Shown one piece after another: positions 26,501 to 34,356 of a DNA stretch of 64,000 nucleotides. Where the stretch lies: contig JAEEPZ010000010.1 of the NCBI GenBank assembly GCA_016285055.1, forward strand, positions 909 through 64,908, given 5' to 3'. The stretch is from Prevotella sp. (lineage in GTDB: Bacteria > Bacteroidota > Bacteroidia > Bacteroidales > Bacteroidaceae). The position numbers and the translations under genes are program-made. The notes beneath the pieces were generated by a model. That model did not search any database, was not told where the DNA came from, and saw only the letters and a list, made by a program, of their open reading frames with translations. How positions within the stretch are numbered: position 1 is the first letter of the stretch; the number at the start of each line of letters is the position of its first letter.

Positions 26501-27005
26501 CAGCAACCCCGTAGACAGTGTCCTCGCCGGCATGAGCCGCGAGATGGAGGCCTTCGCCAAGGTGGCACGACGCTGCGAGGCGCTCAACTCTCAGCTCCCG
26601 CCCTCCAACGCAACATTCTTCTACGATCATCTCTCGGCCTACGCCCACTACATGGAGCAGCTCAGCACTGCCGTCTATCACTTCGTCTATGCCTATAAGA
26701 ACAAGGATGACGAACGCTACGCCCACTTGAAGACTGCCTACGAGGCCATGCTGGCCGCCAAGGCCGCCCTCCTCGCCTCACAGCACGGGGTGTTCAGCAC
26801 ATGGTATGCCACCGACGACAAGTTCGAGATGGATGCACGCATCGAGGCCATACGCAGGCGCCTCGACGAACATCTCTCCGCCGTCACACCCCCACAGGCC
26901 CTTCATCAGGACTCCGCCCACACGAAGTATTACGACCTGCTGGGCCGGCAAATAGAAAGAGAACAATTCGCAAAAAGCAAAGTGAGGAAGGCGCTCTACA
27001 AATAA
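20568..27005 (+). CDS. 2145-aa multimodular secreted enzyme: GH43 + DUF5005/DUF4185-like propeller + purple-acid-phosphatase-type metallophosphoesterase + FN3/Ig-like + GH115-like
   Basis: LADP/WAPE/ID/NEGP (GH43); GWNGGDG...WTFNDSF; GDHQ/GDQVD/GNHE/GHHH; PAVRYRAWFPNDED (GH115-like); YYDLLGR tail. Confidence 0.8.
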   Translation: MKINSEKQCAATPLPQGRGRGWGRWGRWGQWGQWGRWSRLLFLLSLLLVNLTNVMAQEKSIVTLADPYILLDGDIYYAYGTGEADGIAVWTSDDLQHWTRHDQLALHKQNTTETQWFWAPEVYRKNGQYYMYYSANEHLYVATATQPAGPFRQVGQCMTKAMLGDEKCIDSSVYFDDDGQAWLFFVRFTDGNCIWMCQLDDDLMTPRPATLSRCISVSQPWEDKLGRVNEGPFVLKNNGIYYLTYSGNDFRSHDYAVGYAMSRTLAPANGAAPTWSKYGGNPIVHRAEGLYGTGHHSFFTDKEGRLRIVFHAHDSETEVYPRRMYIGTVEFAGNKLQLTSDPLIRPTAPPSDPSDPSDPSWLLEPMPGSTDKPGVAAYRDLKYNRLFTRTLGWNGGDGVLTVGLPNGDVLWTFNDSFYGVVNAEDRSRGDCNFPRNSIMVQRAHDGVLGETDNDLVWLADYVNCRRPTAGKYFHARTHLRHPQGNKTQAQINAGEIDEDKVYWSGDGTVVDGKLQMVWIAVESKELRNLGTALATYSLDGIVPMGRFVDTIPDYLPKQSDYLYRESVTHNVNQNTVSYGSTICDEANDGHLYLYGVDGFNVLVARTASNSLYSPWQYYVKKADGQWVWQDNYPVEEDMKRSNIMASADDACHLPWVFRDGDWYYLSSQAPIFSTEVYIYRSRTPYGPFTDKQLLFRLPDHLDKIGNQKYHWLYMVNLHPALSRSGELVFSTNSDPDDFWWNFNDPGSADYYRPYFYRVFNWKKVYDDGQGEEPTEPRTIKSFRDYRAKIGTTHTVNGLTISDPDIYYTDNGDGTYNAIRLTVQPDETPAEMTPPYLNQATANSIQVGWKTKAPVNGAIVRYGLSPEALTAQHSSLVTTQVADKYYWHTAQLTGLQPNTVYYYQVTSGDKASATEHFRTLPQADSQQPFRILMIGDHQRNERSDYEWLLRMAERKARQKWGGEALEDNVRLLMNVGDQVDSGSVRQYELTHLYKSREVMSRLPIMTAVGNHELFKDPQLILYKSHYDSYGNIAYQGIKSGTALYYAYQAGPVLFVVMNTDGTSDTQKQWVKSVVQAADNDATVKFIVSVQHRPLYAEQWASDTNAWMTDEVMPILSASRKHVLNCAGHHHLYARGQMTQWPVYHIISGGGVGTSAQDYEQLWGNTPDNRNRDEVQKTIDQWTYQLMEFDPVSEEMTVETYSIGNSRLALDNVLIDRFTRRLSMTDKPATPSLSGGNDILLPATISQATGEGELALHSSEYQIARDAHFTDIVYQRILLFEDFYDVDENKLPKNVRNGLPVTTLNLTASDLHSGNYFIRCRNRSMNLDWSDYSEAKAITVKNPAEPQLTLSTNTLKPGNTLDISYENAPVGTNAWIGIYTEGTQPGPQHPSYAWQYTQAASGTIHFTINDAGKYFAVLFGDNGYNEISMRVPFTVSNDAVGSLMLQKGHVTIVVPDAECSPVKLAVEALQRDFQKVLGFTPPVVSTAGTTDGVELVVANGAVEGSPVNSPAALDGFESHRVYADAPNHRIVMQGADMRGTIYAIYSFSEQLLGVPPLWYWCDWQPEQKEQIEVPHDFSYYQPSPAVRYRAWFPNDEDLFIPWRRQSTDNNELWLETMLRLKLNTVEHTATVQYVTTEPQQGGTLNSEAMLYKKYGLVLTSHHMVALNNSFANWDAYWQQVRHTTPPALSVNDMTSLREFWQYNINSVMNSGVENLWQVAFRGKNDQPFWAVFSDAPSSDEERAAVINRMVKEQYDMICQSTGEDNPFVRMTFYDEISSLLAAGHLQPPTATNMLWTFVAARRDHYPYDDLVNWTNTGNVKLGYYMNLQFYSTGAHLAPAEGPWKMEDNYRYVMSKGPLTFSVVNAGNLREFLMEMSANAAMMWNPDSYTTNDFLRQFCAQYFGEQQADEVVQLYRDYYHAYWNPKKSDFPGGFDRQYVFQDLRHSQVIKQVNATWDTFKNNPFTEIGYESVPGRTFRIEGSNPVDSVLAGMSREMEAFAKVARRCEALNSQLPPSNATFFYDHLSAYAHYMEQLSTAVYHFVYAYKNKDDERYAHLKTAYEAMLAAKAALLASQHGVFSTWYATDDKFEMDARIEAIRRRLDEHLSAVTPPQALHQDSAHTKYYDLLGRQIEREQFAKSKVRKALYK
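20601..20685 (+). repeat. REP-like element plus ggggcc(g/a)gt x5-6 inserted in frame in the signal-peptide region
   Basis: actcccctcccccaggggaggggtcgggggtg followed by 9-mers; encodes TPLPQGRGRGWGRWGRWGQWGQWGRW. Confidence 0.85.
21614..21647 (+). repeat. In-frame 9-bp repeat cccatctga encoding the PSD linker
   Basis: Lies between the GH43 and second modules. Confidence 0.75.
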
Positions 27006-27052
27006 ATCTCTTCTGCCATCACAGCAACTTATGCGATGAGCCGCACGAAAAA

Positions 27053-27163
27053 GTCCGAAGGCTTCGGACTCTCTGTCCGAAGGCTTCGGACTCTCCGTCC
27101 GGAGGCTTCGGACTTTTCGTCCGAAGACTTCGGACTGACAGTCTGAAATGTAAAGAAAAATGA
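27053..27163. repeat. Four 17-bp palindromes (gtccgaag-g-cttcggac), 22-bp period, plus conserved 23-nt tail
   Basis: Units at 27053, 27075, 27097, 27119; tail gtctgaaatgtaaagaaaaatga; twin at 50005. Confidence 0.92.
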
Positions 27164-27251
27164 TTATCCGCATGTAGCCGACGGATGCCTTTGCTATTCT
27201 GTTCTGTCTCATTCATTATCAGACAAACACGTACTGCCTCAAGAGTAACTT

Positions 27252-27336
27252 ATTCCTCCTTGGAAAGGGGGGCAGGGGGGATGAAACTCTGCGCAGATGA
27301 ATCCCCCTCTAACTCCCCCTTTGCAAGGGGGAGAAT
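27252..27336. repeat. Inverted doublet of REP-like C/G-rich hairpin elements
   Basis: attcctccttggaaaggggggcagggggga ... atccccctctaactccccctttgcaagggggagaat. Confidence 0.7.
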
Positions 27337-27491
27337 TCAGTTACCGCAAGCTGAACGGGACTGTCCGGACAAGGAAAAAGGGCCTATACAAAACGCCTTA
27401 CACCTTGGCGTAAAATGAAAGCGCATCAATTTCAGCGACTTACAGCTGTGGTATCCAATTTGTTCCTGCTTCTGACATGGTGAACTGCTAC

Positions 27492-27583
27492 ATGAAAGGA
27501 TTGCCGTATTCGGAATTTACTGTGATTTTGCAGAAAATCCCAATGAAATGCTTGCTGTATTCGGAATTTATTGTAATTTTGCA
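27492..27583 (+). promoter_or_regulatory. Tandemly duplicated 41-bp promoter-like unit
   Basis: 27492-27532 and 27543-27583, 36/41 identical; copy 2 contains TTG-N19-TAATTTTG. Confidence 0.65.
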
Positions 27584-27758
27584 TCGACTACGAAAAATGT
27601 CGTAACGAAAAAAGCCGTAATGGCACACCTTATAAAACTGATGCTGACGGCTGCCCACCTGGAGCTCTAGCTGCTCGACAGCCTCATCATGATGTATGCT
27701 TTCTACTTGGAAGAACGACGATTCACTTTGGTCTTGCATCAGGTTTTATTGTTGTTTG

Positions 27759-27790
27759 AAAAAAGCTGGAAGCGAAGGGCTCCCAGCTTT
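27759..27790 (-). terminator. Intrinsic terminator of ara operon
   Basis: aaagctgg...ccagcttt stem with U-tract on minus. Confidence 0.75.
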
Positions 27791-27800
27791 CTGTGTGTGT

Positions 27801-28511
27801 TTAGTGTTTCTGCCCCTTCTGGCCGTAGTAGGCGTTGGGGCCGTGCTTGCGCATGTAGTGCTTCTCCACGAGGAGCGGGTTCATCGTGGTGTTGGGGTTG
27901 ACGCAGAACGACACAAAGGCCATCTTGGCGCACTGCTCCATCACTTTGGCGTTGTAGACGGCGTTGTCGGGCGAGGTGCCCCATGAGAACGGGCCGTGGT
28001 TCTTCACTAGGACGGCGGGGGTGTGGTCAGGATTGATCTTGCGGATGTTCAGTATCTCGTCCACGATGACATTACCGGTCTCCAGCTCGTACTGTCCTTC
28101 CACCTCTTCCTTGGTCATGTCGCGCGTGCAGGGGATGTCCTTGTAGAAGTAGTCGGCGTGGGTGGTGCCGATGTTGGGGATGTCGCGGCCTGCCTGTGCG
28201 AAGGCTGTGGCGTAGGTGGAGTGTGTGTGGACGACGCCCATGATGTTGGGGAACGCCTTATATAATATAAGATGTGTAGGCGTGTCGCTGGAGGGGTTGA
28301 GGTCGCCCTCTACCACCTTGCCTGTCTCCAGGTCAACGACGACCATGTCCTCGGCCTTCATCTCGTCGTAAGAGACGCCGGATGGTTTGATGACGACGAG
28401 GCCTTTCTCGCGGTCGATGCCTGAGACGTTGCCCCAAGTGAAGATGACCAGTCCCTGCTTGACCAGGTCGAGGTTGGCCTTGAATACTTTCTGTTTGAGT
28501 TCTTCTAGCAT
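27801..28511 (-). CDS. araD: L-ribulose-5-phosphate 4-epimerase
   Basis: [35 protein letters not shown]. Confidence 0.95.
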   Translation of the reverse strand: MLEELKQKVFKANLDLVKQGLVIFTWGNVSGIDREKGLVVIKPSGVSYDEMKAEDMVVVDLETGKVVEGDLNPSSDTPTHLILYKAFPNIMGVVHTHSTYATAFAQAGRDIPNIGTTHADYFYKDIPCTRDMTKEEVEGQYELETGNVIVDEILNIRKINPDHTPAVLVKNHGPFSWGTSPDNAVYNAKVMEQCAKMAFVSFCVNPNTTMNPLLVEKHYMRKHGPNAYYGQKGQKH

Positions 28512-28517
28512 TTTTCT

Positions 28518-29195
28518 TTAAAGTTTAAAATTAGGATCTTCGTTATATACCTTTTTGTTGAAGCGGTAGAGGGCTGCACCACGCTTGGACGTGAGCTTGT
28601 CGATGAGTTCTGTCTTCTCGATGAAGTCCATGTCCTTGATACGCTTGCGGAAGTTACGCTTGTCTATCTCCTGTCCGCTGACGGCCTCATAGAGACGCTG
28701 CAGCTGGGTGAGGGTAAACAGACCCGGCAACAGCCGGAAGCCGATGGGCTCGGTGCGCATCTTCAGTTGCATACGTCGCAGCGCCTGGCGCACCATCTCG
28801 TTGTGGTCGGAATAGAGCTTCGGCATTTGGTTGACATCCACCCATTCCACGTTGTGCTTGATGCGGAGCCGCTCGTCATAGTCCTTCACATTGATGAGTG
28901 CGTAGTAGGCCACGGAGACGACGCGCTCGCCCGGGTCGCGGTCAATAGCGCCGAAGGCTCCCACCTGTCGTATAAACAGATGTTTCAGGCCTGTCAGTTC
29001 CATCAGCGTGCGCTCTGCACACTCGTCAATGCCCTCGTCCGCGGCGACGAAGCCTCCGTAGAGGCTCCATTCGCCACGGCCGGGATCCATCTGCCGACGG
29101 CCGATGAGTACCTTCAGGCGGTTCTCTTCGAAACCGAAGACGATGACGTCAACGGAAACATAGAGTTTCTGATGTTCTAGGTAGTACGCAGTCAT
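28518..29195 (-). CDS. araR: NrtR-family (Nudix + wHTH) arabinose regulator
   Basis: SVDVIVFG, RDPGERVVSVAY, FTLTQLQ, DKRNFRK; ara operon context. Confidence 0.85.
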   Translation of the reverse strand: MTAYYLEHQKLYVSVDVIVFGFEENRLKVLIGRRQMDPGRGEWSLYGGFVAADEGIDECAERTLMELTGLKHLFIRQVGAFGAIDRDPGERVVSVAYYALINVKDYDERLRIKHNVEWVDVNQMPKLYSDHNEMVRQALRRMQLKMRTEPIGFRLLPGLFTLTQLQRLYEAVSGQEIDKRNFRKRIKDMDFIEKTELIDKLTSKRGAALYRFNKKVYNEDPNFKL

Positions 29196-29201
29196 TGCTG
29201 T

Positions 29202-30965
29202 TTAGAAGAAGTACCAGTAGAACAATCCGCAGAGGGCGATGACACCAAGTGTTCCGACGATGTCCCAGATTCCCCAGCTCTCACGTATCTGTTTGCGGTA
29301 TTCGGGTGTAAAGGTGATAGCCTCCACTTGTTCCTTTGAAGGAGCAGGCGTGAAGAAGCTCACAACAACCATCAGCAGCACGATGAACACCAGCAGCCAG
29401 CACTCGAACACGAGCCAGTTGGTCTGCCAGAACCAAGCGGTGGCATCCCAGAAAGCACCTTCCATCACTTTGGAACCTGTATCAGTAATGACGTTGGTGA
29501 CGAGTCGCAACATACCGATGACGAAACCGCCGATGAGGCCCCATTCACCAGCCTTAGGACTGATTTTCTTCGACAGGATACCCAATGTGAACACAGCCAC
29601 CATAGCAGGAGCCAGCAGTGACTGGATGCCCTGCAGATAGCTGTACAGGTTGCCCATGCCACGCATCACAGGAAGCCAGGCCAAGCCGAGCACAACGACA
29701 GCCACTGTGGCAATACGGCCGACGAGCACGTAGTGAGCCTCGCTGAGGCCCTTCTTCATGGGCTTGTAGAAGTCCTCGGTGAACAGTGTGGCGCAGCTGT
29801 TGAAGAAGGCTGCCAATGAAGTGACGAGTGCACAAAGGAAGCCGATGGTCACAATGCCTTTCACACCGGCAGGCAGAATGTTCTTCACCATCATGGCGAA
29901 GGCACCGTCGGTATCGTCTTTGTTGGTGATATCCATTGTGATGCCGCTTGACGGGTCTTGTGCCAAAGCGATAGCCACCATGCCGGGAATCAGGAACATG
30001 AACACGGGGAGCAGCTTGAAGTAGCCGGCAGCGATGGTGCCGCGGCGTGCGCGCTTCATCACCTCCGTGTTGCTCTCACCCTTCTGCTGTCCGAGCACAC
30101 GCTGAACGATGTGCTGGTCAGTACACCAGTACCAGAAACCGATGATAGAAGCGCCGATGAACACCACGAAGCCTGGATACTCATGGTAGAGCGGGTCGGG
30201 ATTGCCTGATGCATTGATGTCAGACCAGTGGAACATGTGGGTCGTTCCATAGCCGTCGTGCAGGGTTTCGCAATATGCCATCATGTTCGACCAGCCCTCA
30301 GCGATGCTGCCGCCACCCAATGCTGACAGTCCGAGGAAGAGCACGAGGAAGGAACCCACAATGAGGATAGGCGTCTGAATTGTTGACATGGTCATCACGC
30401 CCTTCATACCGCCAATGACGGTGAAAATGGTGGTGATGAAGATAAGACCGAGAGCGCCCACCCAGAAGTTCAGCCCCCAGAGATAATTGAAGAAAATACC
30501 GCCGGTGAAAGCCGTTACGCTGACCTTGGTCAGGATGTAGGCCACCAGTGTGATGATGCTGAGCCACGAGCCGGTCTTCTTGGTGTAGCGGAACTTCAGG
30601 AAGTCGGGCATGGTGATAATCTTGCCCATCTTGTTGTTCAACAACTGATAGAAGGGGACAAACAGCCAGCCAAGGATGAGGATCATCCAGCCCTGCATCT
30701 CCCAGTGGGCCATGCCCACGCCGTCCTTGGCACCAGTACCGGCCAGACCTACGAGGTGCTCAGAGCCGATGTTGGCGGCAAAGATGGCCATACCGATGAC
30801 ATACCAAGGCTCGCCCTTGCCGAACAGATAGTCCTGCGAGTCGGCACCATTCATCTTCTCCTTGTCTTTCTTGATAGCACGATAGACAAGCCACACAACG
30901 CACGCAATGCCCAAGAGCATAACGAGCCAGTCAAGCCAAATAAATTCTTTTGCGTTCCAATCCAT
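29202..30965 (-). CDS. Sodium:solute symporter (putative arabinose permease)
   Basis: AANIGSEHLVGLAGTG, WYWCTDQ.IVQR SSS motifs; operon context. Confidence 0.88.
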   Translation of the reverse strand: MDWNAKEFIWLDWLVMLLGIACVVWLVYRAIKKDKEKMNGADSQDYLFGKGEPWYVIGMAIFAANIGSEHLVGLAGTGAKDGVGMAHWEMQGWMILILGWLFVPFYQLLNNKMGKIITMPDFLKFRYTKKTGSWLSIITLVAYILTKVSVTAFTGGIFFNYLWGLNFWVGALGLIFITTIFTVIGGMKGVMTMSTIQTPILIVGSFLVLFLGLSALGGGSIAEGWSNMMAYCETLHDGYGTTHMFHWSDINASGNPDPLYHEYPGFVVFIGASIIGFWYWCTDQHIVQRVLGQQKGESNTEVMKRARRGTIAAGYFKLLPVFMFLIPGMVAIALAQDPSSGITMDITNKDDTDGAFAMMVKNILPAGVKGIVTIGFLCALVTSLAAFFNSCATLFTEDFYKPMKKGLSEAHYVLVGRIATVAVVVLGLAWLPVMRGMGNLYSYLQGIQSLLAPAMVAVFTLGILSKKISPKAGEWGLIGGFVIGMLRLVTNVITDTGSKVMEGAFWDATAWFWQTNWLVFECWLLVFIVLLMVVVSFFTPAPSKEQVEAITFTPEYRKQIRESWGIWDIVGTLGVIALCGLFYWYFF

Positions 30966-30999
30966 TTTTGTTTTTTTATTGATTAATTATTTAGTAAGT

Positions 31000-32472
31000 T
31001 TATTTTTTACGATTTTTCCACATGGCAGTCATGTCCTCCAGCGTCTTGCCCTTAGTCTCAGGCACGAGCTTCCAGACGAAGACGGCAGCCACGATGCAGA
31101 TGATGCCATAGAGACCGTAGGTGAACCAGTGGCCGAAGTCGTCGCCCTCGCTGAGGTGCATGTTGAACATGGGCACGAAGGTAGAGCTGACGATGAAATT
31201 GAAAATCCACTGGAAAGCCACAGCAATAGCGACGGCAGCGCCGCGGATGGTGTTGGGGAAGATCTCGGCAATGAGCACCCAGGTGATGGGGCCCCACGAG
31301 AACATGAACGAAGCGCTATATATAAGTAATGAGGCGGCTGTGACAAACTCCATCCCTGCGTGTCCGAAGGTGACGGCAACGCCCAGTGCGCCTGCTGCCA
31401 TGCCCAGCGAACCACTGATGAGCAGCGGCTTACGTCCCCACTTCTCGACGGTGAAGATGGCCACCAGCGTGAAGAGGATGTTGATGATGCCCATGAACAC
31501 GGTAATCATCATCGGGTTGTCCATGCCCATATCGCCGAAGATGCGCGGAGCATAGTAAAGGACGGCATTGATGCCCACAGCCTGCTGGAACACCGACAGC
31601 ATGATGCCGATGAAGATGCACATCGCACCGTAAGTCATGAGCTTCTCGGTCTTCACCGTCATGGTGTCCTTGATGTCCTGCAGAATCTGGGCTGCCTTGC
31701 TGCTGCCGTTGATGCGCGACAGGATGCCAAGGGCCTTCTTGTCCTGTCCGACGCTGACCAGAAAGCGCGGTGTCTCAGGTACGAAGCAGATGAGCAGGGC
31801 GAAGAGTCCTGCGGGCACTGCCTCAGAGCCGAACATGTAGCGCCAGCCTGTGGTCACCGTCCACTGTGCTGCAGGGTTGATGGCGGCCAGGCCCTTGCCC
31901 ATCTCTTCTACGAGCGGCTGGATGTGATCGCCCAGGATGAAGAAGTTGACGAAGTAAACCACCAGCTGACCGAAGATAATGGCAAACTGGTTCCAGCTGA
32001 CCAACATACCTCTTATGTTAGAGGGAGCCACCTCGCCAATGTACATGGGGCAGATGGCCGAGGCCAATCCCACGCCGATGCCACCGATGACGCGGTAGAA
32101 GTTGAACATGAGGAGCAGCGAATAGGTGGGCTTGCCATGCTCGAAGAACAGGAACTCGGGCGTCATCGAGCCCAGTGCCGAGATGAAGAAGAGCAAGCCT
32201 GCTACGATGAGCGACTTCTTGCGGCCTAAACGTGTGGCCAAGAGTCCGCTGAGTGCCGAGCCGATGATGCAGCCGATGAGTGCCGAAGCCGAGGTGAAGC
32301 CATGCCAGCCGTCGGTATAGTCGAAGTCCTGCGCATCCTTGAAGAATGCCTGCAGGCCCTTCTCAGCACCTGAGATGACGGCCGTGTCGTAACCGAAGAG
32401 CAGACCGCCCAGCACGGCCACCATCACGATGCCAATAAGGTAGCCGCGGCTACCGCTATCTGTCTGTGCCAT
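31000..32472 (-). CDS. xylE: MFS sugar porter, D-xylose:H+ symporter type
   Basis: GGLLFGYDTAVISG, FQQAVGIN, PETPR/PETKG sugar-porter motifs. Confidence 0.82.
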   Translation of the reverse strand: MAQTDSGSRGYLIGIVMVAVLGGLLFGYDTAVISGAEKGLQAFFKDAQDFDYTDGWHGFTSASALIGCIIGSALSGLLATRLGRKKSLIVAGLLFFISALGSMTPEFLFFEHGKPTYSLLLMFNFYRVIGGIGVGLASAICPMYIGEVAPSNIRGMLVSWNQFAIIFGQLVVYFVNFFILGDHIQPLVEEMGKGLAAINPAAQWTVTTGWRYMFGSEAVPAGLFALLICFVPETPRFLVSVGQDKKALGILSRINGSSKAAQILQDIKDTMTVKTEKLMTYGAMCIFIGIMLSVFQQAVGINAVLYYAPRIFGDMGMDNPMMITVFMGIINILFTLVAIFTVEKWGRKPLLISGSLGMAAGALGVAVTFGHAGMEFVTAASLLIYSASFMFSWGPITWVLIAEIFPNTIRGAAVAIAVAFQWIFNFIVSSTFVPMFNMHLSEGDDFGHWFTYGLYGIICIVAAVFVWKLVPETKGKTLEDMTAMWKNRKK

Positions 32473-32481
32473 AACTATCCC

Positions 32482-33654
32482 TTATTTGACTGAGAACTTG
32501 AACACCAAATGGCTGTAGTATTTCTCGCCCGGATTCAGATAGGGGCTGGGCCACTCGGCCACGTTGGGTGAGTTGGGATATTTCTGGCTCTCTAAGCATA
32601 CTGAGGGACGCTGCGGGTACTTCACGCCGCCCTTGCGCACCTTGTCCTGCTCGCCGTCGATGCCCTGGAAGTTGCCGGTGTACACCTGGATGCCGGGTTC
32701 GTTGGTGTAGGTCTCAAGGAAGATGCCGGTCTTGGGTGAATAGAGCGAAGCGCAAACCTGTGTGTCGTCGCCCTTGGTGTTAAGAATCCAGTTGTGGTCG
32801 AAGCCGTTGCCAAACTTCACCTGCTCGTAGTCCATGCGCAGCGAGTCCTGTATGGCGTGCGGTGTGCGGAAGTCCATCGGTGTGCCCGTCACGTCGCGTA
32901 TCTCGCCGGTGGGCATGAAGGTGGAGTCAGCCGGTGTGAAGGTGTCGGCATTGATGTAAAGCTCCATGTCCATTGCAGGCTGAGTGGGGTCGCCGTTGAG
33001 GTTGAAGTAGGAGTGATTGGTCATGTTCACGATGGTGGTCTTGTTGGTCGTAGCCTCCATCTTGATGTCGAGGGCATTGTCAGCCGTCAGCGTGTAGGTC
33101 ACGACAGCCGTCACTTCACCGGGGAAATTGTTGTCGCCGTCGGGGCTGACAAGGGTCAGTTTCACGCTGTTGCTGTCAGTCTGCTCAGCCTTGTACACCT
33201 GATACTGCCATCCGGTGGGTCCGCCGTGCAGGCAGTGGCCAAAGTTGTTCTGGGGCAGCTGGATGGTCTCATCGCCAATTTTGAACTGTCCGTTCTTGAT
33301 GCGGTTGGCATAGCGTCCGATGGATGCGCCAAAGTCGCTGCCGAAGTTGGCGGCGTCAGCATACTGGGCAATGTTGTCATAGCCCAGCACCACGTCGGTC
33401 ATCTTGCCGTCACGGTCGGGTACCATCAGCGAGACGACGCGTCCGCCGAAGTTGGTGATGCAAGCCTCCAGGCCGTTTTGGTTCTTCAGCGTATAGAGTT
33501 TCACGCTGTCGCCATTCACTACGGTGTCAAACTTCACAGGATCCAGTCCTGAAGCAGTCAGTTGAGCTGCGGGCTGCTGTCCGCCTGTGCAGGCAGCGAA
33601 GACCAGTGCCATCAGAGCACCGGCGCCAAGCATTGTTCTTCTCAGTGTTTTCAT
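32482..33654 (-). CDS. galM: Aldose 1-epimerase (mutarotase), lipoprotein
   Basis: GRYANRI, LHGG, TNHSYFNL, FDHNW, CLESQ; lipobox FAAC. Confidence 0.9.
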   Translation of the reverse strand: MKTLRRTMLGAGALMALVFAACTGGQQPAAQLTASGLDPVKFDTVVNGDSVKLYTLKNQNGLEACITNFGGRVVSLMVPDRDGKMTDVVLGYDNIAQYADAANFGSDFGASIGRYANRIKNGQFKIGDETIQLPQNNFGHCLHGGPTGWQYQVYKAEQTDSNSVKLTLVSPDGDNNFPGEVTAVVTYTLTADNALDIKMEATTNKTTIVNMTNHSYFNLNGDPTQPAMDMELYINADTFTPADSTFMPTGEIRDVTGTPMDFRTPHAIQDSLRMDYEQVKFGNGFDHNWILNTKGDDTQVCASLYSPKTGIFLETYTNEPGIQVYTGNFQGIDGEQDKVRKGGVKYPQRPSVCLESQKYPNSPNVAEWPSPYLNPGEKYYSHLVFKFSVK

Positions 33655-33707
33655 TGGTTTTTGGGGTGTTTAAGTTTATAAGATTGATATAGCGTTTCAG
33701 TTTTTGG

Positions 33708-33721
33708 GTGTAAAGTTACAC
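33708..33721. promoter_or_regulatory. Palindrome GTGTAA-AG-TTACAC overlapping a near -7 box of the ara operon; candidate AraR operator
   Basis: Perfect 6-bp inverted repeat; minus strand contains TAACTTTA. Confidence 0.5.
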
Positions 33722-33812
33722 ATTCTTTGCGACATGACAAAAAAACTGAGACATAAAATGCAGATTTAGCCATTTTTAACATCACGACATCGCCTTCTTC
33801 AATCTTTATTTG

Positions 33813-33820
33813 TACTTTTG
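33813..33820 (+). promoter_or_regulatory. -7 promoter box for fur-purA
   Basis: TACTTTTG 11 nt upstream of ATG 33832. Confidence 0.6.
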
Positions 33821-33831
33821 TGCCTTCGATT

Positions 33832-34356
33832 ATGAAGGCAGCAGAGAAAAAAGAAAGTGTGCGGCAGGCCAGTGAGCGCATCTTGGATAATTATTTAGAG
33901 ATGAATAATTATCGCAAGACGCCTGAGCGTTATGCCATTTTGAAGGCCGTCTATGACATCGACGGCCATTTCACTCTCGAGGAGTTGGGGCAGAAACTGG
34001 CCGACGACCAGCACTTCCCCGTATCGAGAGCCACTCTTTACAACACCCTGAATCTTTTCATCGAGCTTCGCATCGTCATCCGCCACAACATTCAGGGCAC
34101 GACGAAGTATGAAGCCTATTATCCTGGTGACAACCACTGCCACCAGATCTGCACCATGTGCGGCAAGGTGACGGAGGTGAAGGCGCCTGAGGTGACGAAG
34201 GCCATCGCGGCGATGCGGCTGAAGCGTTTCCGGCAGGATGTGTTCTCACTCTACATCTACGGCGTCTGCTCCTCATGCCAGTCTGTCATCACTCGTAAGA
34301 GCAACAAACATAAAACAACAGATAACGACAAAAATGATGAACAAAGGAAAGGTTGA
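33832..34356 (+). CDS. Fur-family transcriptional repressor
   Basis: RKTPER, VSRATLYNTL, H.H..CxxC and CxxC; conserved position before purA; likely ATG 33832. Confidence 0.9.
   Translation: MKAAEKKESVRQASERILDNYLEMNNYRKTPERYAILKAVYDIDGHFTLEELGQKLADDQHFPVSRATLYNTLNLFIELRIVIRHNIQGTTKYEAYYPGDNHCHQICTMCGKVTEVKAPEVTKAIAAMRLKRFRQDVFSLYIYGVCSSCQSVITRKSNKHKTTDNDKNDEQRKG

Noticed and set aside
27053-27135. 22-bp arrays as CRISPR or TIGR-type guide arrays
   Set aside because: Spacers are only 5 nt, arrays have 2-4 units, and no cas or Nop-domain gene is in the window
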